Assembly: GCA_004764695.1 (NCBI GenBank)
Contig: SMSO01000035.1
Coordinates: 1,612,001 to 1,676,000, forward strand
Reading direction: 5' to 3'
Origin: Schizochytrium sp. TIO01
Taxonomy: Eukaryota > Protista > Bigyra: Labyrinthulomycetes
Length of the DNA: 64,000 nucleotides
Made by a program: the position numbers and the translations under genes. Below, in pieces: positions 19,405 through 29,700 of this stretch (position 1 is its first letter; the number at the start of each line of letters is the position of its first letter). The notes beneath the pieces were generated by a model. That model worked only from the letters and a program-made list of their open reading frames with translations, did not search any database and had not been told where the DNA came from.

Positions 19405-22400
19405 AGGACCTGAGATTCCTCACCTCTCAAATTTGCACAAGTAGGTTGACGAATCGATGCAGCAGATCATTGAGCGTGGAGCAGCGTGGAATCATGAGCC
19501 CAGAACAAGTTTGATGCTGTCTACTATGTTTTCTTTGTTTTACGATTCTTAATTCTTGTCCTTTGCATCAGCATCGTCTCTGCGCTCGCTCCAAGATGCA
19601 GTGGACCATTACTTCGTTCTTGGTTCTTTGCCAAAGTCCCTGGCTCTGTTCAACCTCGCTCACGTCTGCTCTTTTCCAGGATGATGAGGCCTCAAGGAAG
19701 GCCTACCTACCTGAGCACAGGCAGTCATCCATCGCAGGGATCTCATTCCTCCATCGCTCGTGGTGAATTATGGTAAAGCCAAAAGTGATACGTGCGCAGA
19801 TTTTGGTGTTTTAGGCAGGAAGAGAACACTCGGAAGATTAGACGACTTGGCCAACTTGAAGTGCTTTGGGGAGATTGAGACTGCGAAATAGGGCCAAAAA
19901 CGCGACAGAGGGGACTGTCTTGCGCCTCCTTGGAAGCTTACATTTTGCGCAGCTCTTCAGGCCGTGGCAGGCTGCCTGACTGACTGCCTGACTGACTGAC
20001 TGACCAGCCACTGGCTAAGATTATTTGTAGCGCCGGCTGGTCCTGCGAGAATTGACTGCCCCGCCGACTGATTCACTCACGCAAAGGTGGATAGATCCAT
20101 CCATGGACTCGAATCGATGGGGTTTTTTGAAGCTTGACGCAGTACACACCTGTTATATTGTAGCTCCCGTATAGCTTATTCTTCCTCAACTTCGACTCCT
20201 GAATTCAAAATTTTTATAAACGCAACAATAAACTATTGATGTAATTACTACTAGTAAATATCCTTTTTTTTTTTTTTTTTTTTTCAATTATAAAATTATT
20301 TTTAAAAATTATCAAACTATAAAGAATTAATTACATTTATAAAAAAAAAAATAGAGAATAAACTTGGTTTACTAATTTTACAAATGTAAATGAAGAGAAG
20401 ACTTTGCATGACTCAAGTGGAGAAGAGTGTGTGCTCAAACCTCAATGAGGAAACCAGAACCTCAGTACTACTGTAGACTCTTTGATATTTGATATCTTGC
20501 AAGGTGGTTTAAGCTTCTGATTTGCTGCTGTTGGGATTCATGGTCGATCGACAATGTCACTTCATTCACCTGTGAATCATTGTAATTTTCATCATGCCGG
20601 TGGCAGAAGCAAGTGCAATCTGAGTAGCCTTCACTGCGAAATGTAGATTTTCAAGAACTACAAAGCTTGCTTGGCAGCATTCTGACGGATCAGGAGTGGT
20701 AATATCACGCACACAGACTTCTAGCCCAAAACGACGCTGGCACAGGTAGAACTTCAACTTCTAGGCAGCACACCTACAAAATCCTAACCTTGAGCTACAG
20801 CGATCTAGCAATCAGCCCTTCAAGGATCTAGAAGTGAATTGGTTCAAATGGTTAGAATCAACGAAGGATCGTTGGAGTGATGGCATGAATGGGCAAAAGG
20901 GTGCAAGTGTGTCAGTTCCAAGCTATGCAAGCCCTCCCTCGCCAGCACTGAAAACGGGGCAACGATCGAGCGGCACTAATCGAACTCGGCGCGCGTTCTC
21001 AAGAGATAGATAACCTGCTAGAAAGAGATTACAAGCAGCCAAGAGTTCTCTCTACAGAGCAAACAGTCTCGAGTTTCTATGTCGATCGAGGCCAGAATTA
21101 ATCACCCAAACATAAGACTCGCAATGGCAGGTGTTTGTTTGTCTGCCTGCTGATTTGTAGCACGCAAATGCTACCAATCAGCCAGCAGATATCTGACTTA
21201 GCCACGACTGCTCTCATAGCGCCATCTATGCTCTCCTTTCAATCGCGGACAAGTTCATGTCGCGAAGCGGCCTTCACATATCTTACCACGGATGGAGTTT
21301 TACAAAAAGAGCGAAAGACAGTCAGTTGACTCCAAGTGCTGATTTAGCTCTTTCGGCTGTTTCCAAACTCAATGCAATGTTGCCGGAGGTGGAATATCGA
21401 TTGTCGTGCTACCTACCACATTTGTACTTCTCAACTTCAACAAAGAGAGCTGCCGCCAACTCGAGCGGGTGAAGTAGAGCCGCGCTTGGAGCAGGACTCC
21501 TCATTGGAAATAGCAGCACCTCATGCACACTCCCTCGCTCCCTCGCTCGCTCGCTCGTAGGGCTCGTGGCAGCACGACTATTATAATTCTAGCCATGCAT
21601 TTTATACTCCTGGCTCACAGCAGTGCCGAGGTCTTACGAGTGCCACGTGAATGGGGCTGGGCCCGGACCCATTGCGAGTGCTCAAAGTTCGCACAAGCGA
21701 TAGGTGCCACGCGCCAGAGAGCGAGAGCGGGAGAGATGCATCGATTGAGCGATCAAAGCAGATTTGCTTGGAAGCTTCAAGTTCTCTACTAAGGAAGAGC
21801 AGCAGACTTGGGTTTACTCACTCATTCACTCACTCATTCACTCATTCATCCATTCATTCATTCATTCGCTCATCCATTCACGTGTGCGACGATTGGCCAG
21901 ATCGATATCTTGGTGTCTTCAAAACTTTAGTTGAACCTAACCAACCTCGCGGGACTTTCTTTGCCCAGAAAGCTGAGAATGCCTCAACAGGCAGGCGCAC
22001 GTTGACGTGGCAACTTGAGTGAAAGAGGGACATGCCTCTAGAGTTAGGTACCAACCAACTTGAGGGCTTCTTCGAGTTGCTGCCAGAAAGGTGACTTGGG
22101 GTGTGTACCTATTGAGCTTGGTCAACTTGGTTGGTTCTCTTTCAGGCGAGGTGTGTGCTGTTATATATCGAGTTGAGTCGATTCGAGTGTGTTGATGATT
22201 TTGGGACAACTAATATGAGTGATAGTAGCTTGGTAAGTGTTGATCAAAACCTTCGGCGGATTGTCTAGTGATGAGCGACATTTACTCTTCTTCTTTTTTT
22301 GCAATTACACCTTTCTCTCACAATTGTTCCATAAGCCCCTACTTTTCCTCTCACACCTTATCTCCGACTGCACCAACTCCAGAACCAACACTTTGACCAC

Positions 22401-22640
22401 CAAGTTTATCAAATCAAACTTAACAACTTCAAAACCCTACTTCTGGCACTATCAACATATCCAGATGATATTTTTTGATTCCATGATATCATGGAATTAT
22501 TGCTGCAAATACTAATTACAATTTTGGCGCAGAATTCACATCAATTATTTGGTGGAATAAGTGTGTGTGTGTTTTATTCATTATACACAGGCTAAAGTCT
22601 TACATTTTGAACAGTCAGAACACTTGGCATACCTAGAGCG

Positions 22641-22793
22641 ACTGGAGCAACTGGATCAACTGGAGCAACTGGATCAACTGGAGCAACTGGAGCAACTGGA
22701 GCAACTGGAGCAACTGGAGCAACTGGAGCAACTGGAGCAACTGGAGCAACTGGAGCAACTGGAGCAACTGGAGCAACTGGAGCAACAGGAGTA
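22641..22793 (+). repeat. 9-bp tandem repeat (ACTGGAGCA) x ~17
   Basis: 16 near-perfect units (units 2 and 4 are ACTGGATCA) plus one diverged unit ACAGGAGTA. One frame reads (Thr-Gly-Ala/Ser)n. Confidence 0.95.
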
Positions 22794-24335
22794 ACCAATA
22801 TTATTAGAATTGATTGAAAGTTTCGATAGTAAACTACTTCAACTGGATCAAATTATTGTTCTATAGAGGTTTTAAAGTTTCTTGCGTATGCTAAAAGTCC
22901 CAATATGATATATTGCCTGTGTTCAAGCACGTTACAAAATTTGCATCGACTTCGTACAAATCTAGGCAATACACGTTTGGTAAATTGCTCTTTACAACAA
23001 CGAACAAGTGAGCAGGAGCAGCTTGACGCAATCTTTTAAATTCTTCCGTGTTTGTTTGCGTAATCCAATATTTTCTTTTATCCTTTGGGATTTGCAGTCA
23101 ACGGTGCTCGTTCTCTGCCAGAAATGTTCGTGATCAGCACAGTTCTGTATATTTTTGAAAATACCTGACTCCGGAAGTTTATTTCTCTGATTTGATTCGG
23201 GTTGACCTATTAGTTTAACCACAAAGGCTTTCAAACACGTTCGTAAACTGATCACCTCCACTCACGAATTTCGAAAATCATGTAAGCCACACCACCGCTT
23301 TTAATCGCCAATACGTCTATGGACACTCCACATGGGCTACATGATTAAGCTATTAATGATAATGCCATTAACTATGCTAAAGTGACTATTTTCACCCCAT
23401 CCCGTTTTAAGATTATGGGTGTCAAAACATTCAGCATAGTCACCCGTCTTTCCCAAGATCTACATATCTTTTGAACCTGATGCAAGAATCCTGACTTGCT
23501 GGCCCTTGGGACGATACGACACCTGTGTCATTCTCTGATACATACTTTGGTGCAAGGCACACAATAAATTTCTGCAACGACTGGTACAATCCCTCTGGTT
23601 CTGAACGAAAAGCCGTGAGGCAGCACTGCCTAACCACTACGAAGTTTTTCACAGTGAATTACAATTTTTTATATATTCTTTTTAATGTCTTAAGCAAAGC
23701 AACTCCAGGACTTCTAAAAACTGTTTCCAATAGAGTTAACCTGAGACAACTCGTTCGTCACTCTCCGATACTGTCATCGATTGCGAGGAGGCAACATGGT
23801 CACAGTTGTGCTGGTCGTGCAACTGTCAATATTTTGTTTTAAGTTTTTAATGCTAAGTCTCAAAACTTAAATAGCTGCGTGTATCTCAACCACAACGGAC
23901 TTTGACTCAAAACTTCGAAGGTGGCAATCTAGTTGCCTCTTTTGGAAGCTAGTTTGTAATTGATTACGTGAAGATTGCTTGTTTTGGCTTGTTTTTTTTT
24001 CTTCAACCGAGATAAAATATCTCAAGAATTGCCCTTCTCTAACAGGGGAAAGTCAGAAATAGACTTGTACTACTACACACGGATACCTACTTCGTTGAGA
24101 CCCTGGAAAATCACAGCTTGAGATGTTCAGAGATCTATCTACCCACATGTGTAAATTAATCGGTTATAGAGATACAAAAGCTATGGGTTCTTTATTTACG
24201 CTGTGTATGATGAATACTAAGGAAACCAAGGAAATAATAACAGGGAAGCTAGATGGTAGAGCGCAAAAGTATGGTATCTAGCATAGTTGAGAACCAGCAG
24301 CTTTAGCCAAATCAACTCTCTCTCACATTGACTTT

Positions 24336-24995
24336 CTATAAGTGTGCTTTGAGTTCTTCTGCTTCTGTGAGGTTCACCGCACGGACCTCGAAGCGGTCAG
24401 AATCATGATCGAATGTAAGCACATTCACACAACAATTGTACTGTGGAATATTCTGCATGCCTACGGAATCCTCGTCCAGCCCACTGAGCAGCACTTTGTT
24501 TAGCCTCGAGTGTGTTACAAAGAGAAGCCTCGAACCGGGTTCTTGCTTTTTACAAATTTCTTGCAACGACCTGTGGGCCCTTTCAAAGACCTCATTTGGT
24601 GACTCCCCCCCGCCAGGACACGCGGCTTCCCTGTCGCCTTCCTCCCACGCCATCGACACGCGTTTGATCTCATCCATAATATCCCTGAGGAGTTTGCCTT
24701 CAAGGCTACCATAGTTCATTTCCTTGAGGTCCTCTACAACCTCGAGACCACTCTCTGCAGCAGGACATTCGGTTCTCGCATCAAGAATAGCCTGTGCTGT
24801 CTCACGTGCCCGCTGCAGAACGCTGGCAAAAGCCGCGTCAATCCTAACCTCTTGCAGAACCTCTCCCAGTGCACGTGCCTGTTGCTGCCCTTTGGCATTC
24901 AGAGGGGGATCTAAACCACATCCCTGCACGCGCCCCTCTGCGTTGGCCGCAGTTTCGCCGTGTCGGCACAACAAGAGTACACTGCGCTTCGTCAT
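24336..24995 (-). CDS. Histidine phosphatase superfamily / phosphoglycerate-mutase-like protein (219 aa)
   Basis: From ATG 24995: LLCRHGETAAN, SVLQRARETA, LKEMNYGSLEG, GGGES, LLFVTHS. The ORF-track extension to 25283 starts at a non-ATG codon and does not look coding. Confidence 0.92.
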   Translation of the reverse strand: MTKRSVLLLCRHGETAANAEGRVQGCGLDPPLNAKGQQQARALGEVLQEVRIDAAFASVLQRARETAQAILDARTECPAAESGLEVVEDLKEMNYGSLEGKLLRDIMDEIKRVSMAWEEGDREAACPGGGESPNEVFERAHRSLQEICKKQEPGSRLLFVTHSRLNKVLLSGLDEDSVGMQNIPQYNCCVNVLTFDHDSDRFEVRAVNLTEAEELKAHL

Positions 24996-25619
24996 TCCTA
25001 TGCTTCGATCGAAGATGTTGCGAATCAGGTTTCGAGCTTGATAGCCTAGCGAGAGTCTGTTGCTAGAAACTTCAGGTGCGCACGTGGATCTTAAAGTTGA
25101 TGTAGATGAGGTGCATCCAACCAAAGTGTCTGGGTGATTGGTTTTTGTTGCTGCAGAAAATCGATTGTTTGTTGATTCCCAAGAGGGTTTTTGCTTTATT
25201 TGTCTACATATGCATGAAAAAAAAGCAGTTTGCACTTGTGCATCTATTAACGTACAAAGGCAATCTTCGACATATTGTATCAAATCAGTTCCTTCTGGAT
25301 TGGCCCTTGGTACCTCCGATCTTGCTTTTCGTTGTTTGTAGTGACCGGTTTGAGATTTGTTTAAACGATTCTTGAACCGCTCATATTACTATGTTCTATA
25401 CACTAGGAGAAGCCTATCCATCGACTAAAGAATCCTAGAGCCTTGATTTTGGGATTCCTTAGTAGTAGACTATGCTTTGAGTTATCCTTAGCTTGGTCCT
25501 ACCTAGGACCACACTTAGTAATTAACCCATAAATTTTGCAAAACTTGAATTTCCTATTGTGAAGCGGAGTAAATAAGGCCCATTCGCGGGTTAAAAAAGA
25601 TAAACTGTAACTCAATGAC

Positions 25620-26280
25620 GATTTCAAAGACCATATCCTTGAACAGGTAGCTCAAAAGGATGCCTCTGGCGGTGCAGATATCACCATCGAGAACGTGTTT
25701 GCATTTGGGACATTCTAGAACCTTTTAATTTTGCAAGCTTGTTGTGAATGTTTGGCCACATTAATTGCCTGTATTGGCAGTGTAATCCTCTTGGCAAATA
25801 ACAAGTTTACACCACTGGCAGGTGAAATGTTCGGTTTTGTGATTGAGGGCTTGTCGGAAGCCAACGTTACAGCATTCGAGTTGTTTTGCCACGGATCCAC
25901 CTATATTAACTTGTTTACTGTCTGCAGGGTTTTCAATTTAGGTAAATGGATAACGCCATAGTTTTCATAGAGCCAAATTGGGAGCTTGCGGTGAACCTCT
26001 GTAACCTTATTCTTTATTTCGATTAGTTCGCGGAGGTGTGTTCACGTCTCCAGGAAGATTTGCCTGTAGTCTTTTGGTCCAATTTATTTGGAATCTGTCA
26101 GCGCGACGACAGAGAAAGAATCTGTTTTATTTGCCGTACGGATGCCCCAAATACACTCGTCATGGACAAAAACTCTGAAGCAAAAAGGTGTCACGACGCC
26201 ATAGGATCTCACGAGATAATATGCAACAACAGACGCCTTAGTTTGATAAAAGGAAAGATAGAAATAGTAGTTAAATTCAT
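25620..26280 (-). pseudogene. Degenerate Fanzor (Fanzor2/TnpB-like RNA-guided nuclease) relic, C-terminal ~200 codons
   Basis: Manual minus-strand translation across frameshifts, in order: IIS*DP (RuvC-I, 26220-26203); FLCRRADRFQINWTK (26117-26073); IKNKVTEVHRKLPIWLYENYGVIHLPKLKT (26017-25928); FRQALNHK...WCKLVICQEDYTANTGN*CG; NIHNKL (shifted frame); KVLECPKCKHVLDGDICTARGILLSYL (to 25644). Confidence 0.85.
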
Positions 26281-26775
26281 TATTTGAGTAGATTTACTGG
26301 AGGTTGCGACGAAGCTACTTTAACAAGTAAACTAAGTCGCGATATGTTTAGTTCTGTTGAATATCATGATCCATAATGTTCCTTTTTCTAAAGAAACTAA
26401 AAAATAAAGATGGAACATAATCACACCAAGTAGTGATGTAGTGGCAGAATATTACAATGGAAATCATCTTTTGAAATGACTATTCATTAGAACACGAGGT
26501 TTAATGTTATAAAAATGTGAAAGGTTGAAAGAAAATGAATTTCTTCTTCAATGAATGCGACAGCATGTCATCATTTGAATGAATATGTATATGAGTGTCT
26601 GGCAGCTGTCAGATTGTATCAGTCAGATGGTGTTTCAATCCATGTGAAGTTTTCATCTTAGAGATGTCGAGGAGAACACGCCAATGCGTGAAATATTACG
26701 TGAGCTCTTGGGGTTATATGTAGGGGAATGGTTCTTGATTCAGGTGCAATACAGTGAATACGCCCAAACGCGGAT

Positions 26776-29700
26776 TTAAGGAGATGCTTCGTCTGTTTCA
26801 TCGCGTTCCGCTGCGGTGGACTTGCCGCGCACACTGGCAAAGGCGTTAGCATGGTCGTTAGAGGACTTGGACTTGTTTGCTTCACTTTCTTTGGAAGTCT
26901 TTCCACCAAAGAGAAGTTGCTTGTCACCAGCCTGAACAGCAGCCATGTGAGAAGCCGAGTCAGCAATAGACTCACCAGACCCGTCGGCTTTACCATCCGA
27001 GTCAGATTTATTTTGGCGCTTTGATACCGGCTCATCGTTTGCGCTGTTGTTTCCACCTGCTGCGTCGTTCTGGTTTTGACGGTTGGGACCGTCAGAGGAT
27101 GGACGTGCGCGCTTCTTAAGGGGGACTTGTTCGACCGGCGTGGTTGTTGCAGGCTTCGATTGTTTGATATTAGGTTGACCCACCGAATCTGAAGTGTGAG
27201 TCGCCGAGCTGTGACCTGCAGCAGGCTGGTCATTGGGAGATGTGCGGCCGGACTCAATCATAGCATTAGCTTCTTTGCCGGTGTCTACCTTACGAGAGCG
27301 CTCAGGTTTGTCAGAAGAAGAGGTAGGGGAGTTGTTTTTGTTGCCATTGCGAACTGGGTCCTTAGAATTTGCAGCCGGTGGCGATGGTTTCCTCGAGGTG
27401 CAGTCACCATTTGCTTTAGTTACGGCAGGGGTCTCACTGGTGGAGGGTTTAGGCGCAGATCCGGATGAAGCAGACGAGGGTCCACAGTTCACAGCCTTTG
27501 ATTTATCTTTCGATGAAACAGGGGGCTGCTGCGGGGATGTGCTGTCTACAGGGAAGTTGTCATCATCTGCGTCATCGACAAGGCTACGGCCTTCAGCAGC
27601 TGCTGCAGGCTCTCCGCGTGCCATTTGAGCACGTGCTAAACTGGCGGTATTTTGGTCCTTTATGTGATCGACTACGACCTTCTCCATTTTCGTCTCGTAC
27701 AGAGACTGGTTATACTTGCGAATGGCTTCCGCCGCCTCCTCTTGGGTTGCAAAAGATCCCAGCTTATTGGATTTGCAATCGCGGTAAACGCGAGCTTGCC
27801 ACCGCTTTTCACTGTGACTCCAACGTACGAGAGGGTGCGGTGATTTATTGCGGGATGATGACTTGTGTTTAGACTGGCTGCTAGAATGAGAGCGTGTGGA
27901 AGCTGCACTTACAGACTTTGAGCTCGACGACTTGCGCTGTTTGGCGGGAAGAGTTTTGGCGGAAGTTTTTGCTGGGGAGTTTGACTTGGAGCGACTCTTG
28001 TTCGCAGCACTAGTACTGGGCGTTGGGCTCGAGCTTCCTTGGCTCCTTGTTTGATTGCTTGAGCCGGATGCTTTGTTGGCATTGGTCGCGCCAGTTTGTG
28101 CATTGCTGCCACTAGTATTACCATAACCGGGAGCCACTTGCCAGCGGCCGTTGACCATGATACGAGGTGGCTGTGACTGCTGGTTCTGGTGGGCATTCGT
28201 CATGTTGTACATGTTATGCTGCTGTTGCGGATGCATCATGTACTGAGGGTGCTGAGCACCATTTGGGAAATACGCAGCTCCTGCAGGCAGAAAAGCCGTG
28301 CCACGCCCTCCTTGCGGGTTGGGTACCACAAAGCGTTGTTCCCATTTTCCGTTCACCAAAACGTTTTGCATTTGCAGAGGCTGCTGCTGGGGAAGAAAGA
28401 TTTGCATACCGTTTTGGGTAAATGCCACTTGTTGAGGACCCTGGCCTTGAGCATGAGCCATCATAGCGCCTTGGGGCCATTGCATATGCTGTTGCTGCAT
28501 TCCCTGGGGCGTTTGATGATATTGCATCATTTGAGGCATCTGCTGCTGCTGCTGTTGTTGTTGCATCATCTGAGGAAAGTACATTTGTCCATTGATCATC
28601 TGTGGTTGCATCATTTGCGGGTACATTTGCATGCCTGGTTGTTGTTGCTGTTGCATCATCTGTGGTGCCTGCATCTGTTGTTGAATTTGCTGCTGCTGCT
28701 GGGGGTGTTGCGAGGGAGAAGGCATTGACAATGAGGGAGACGAACCCGCAGTGTTCGACTGCTGTTGGGGTTGTTGAACTTGCTGCTGCGATTGTTGCTG
28801 AAACTGTTGGTTTCCAGAAGTACCCGATTGCTGCTGCGACATTTGGCGAGGCTGTTGCATCATCATTTGTTGAAATTGGGGGTACTGCTGTTGCTGTTGC
28901 TGCTGTGGCTGGAACTGTTGAAACTGCTGCTGCTGATGCGGCATATAGTACTGCTGTGGCATCATTTGTCCATACTGGTTGGTGTTCATGGTTTGAGGTT
29001 GCTGTTGCTGTTGTGATTGTGAGTTTGTTGTTAAGGAAGAGCCAACACCAGAGGCTCCGTATGCACCAGATTTGGACGACTCATTGTTTGTGCCAGCATT
29101 GTTATTGCTGCTATTATTGATGTTGGCGGAAGAGGACGCGATGGCAGAGGAGCCATTGTTTGAGCCGGAATTGCCGACGCTATTGTCAAAGTTGGAGGCA
29201 CTAGCTTTGCTGTTACCATTGCTTGTGCTGCCATTGCCATTAGAAGTGGAGTTGTATGCCGATGGCATTCCATACAGATAGCCTCCTGTATTACTCACAC
29301 CGGAGTTTTTCTGCGATGAGGACATGGAGTTGCCATTGCTATTACTAGTCAAAGTCCCGTTTGCATTCGGAGTGACAGAAGATGAAGAAGCAGAGTTGAT
29401 GTTATTCTGGTTGCTGCCATTATTCTGAGTGGTGTTTGAGGAAGACGTGCTCGAGTGTGTGTTGAGTGCGTAACTAAGTGGGCCGTTTGAAATGGGGTTC
29501 GATCCATTCGTGGTAATATTATGGTGGTTGATGCCAGTACTGGAGGTGTTTGCATCCGAGGAGCTGCTGCTGCTGCTGCTAGAATTGATCCCATTCATCT
29601 TCGGGGCAGTGGGGCTGCTACTACTGTTAACAACAGAGGTAAAATTGGACATTGTCAATGGCTGCGTGAGAGCCGAGGTGGAGGAGGAGGCGGAGTTGTT

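Noticed and set aside
18991-19413. 140-aa GC-rich ORF ending in poly-Ala
   Set aside because: GTG start, no recognisable motif, embedded in microsatellite-rich DNA; cannot be supported without expression data.
21895-21930. RYLGVFKT peptide resembling an AP2 strand
   Set aside because: Isolated 8-residue match with no flanking AP2 motifs.
22561-22798. (LEQ)n and (PVA)n ORFs; possible CRISPR-like array
   Set aside because: Head-to-tail 9-mers with no spacers, so not CRISPR. Both ORFs begin at non-ATG codons, and the substitution pattern favours the Gly-X-Thr frame.
22992-23261. LRTCLKAFVVKLIGQPESNQRNKL as a possible TnpB/Fanzor N-terminal HTH; neighbouring frame faintly THAP-like
   Set aside because: The resemblance is short, downstream motifs are missing, and it lies on the wrong side of the RuvC relic to be its N-terminus.
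24996-25283. N-terminal 96-aa extension of the phosphatase ORF
   Set aside because: Non-ATG start and no domain signal; ATG 24995 directly precedes the RHG motif.
25715-26287. ORF-track entries 25715-25900, 25731-25961 and 26036-26287 as small genes
   Set aside because: They are off-frame or antisense readings of the Fanzor relic.
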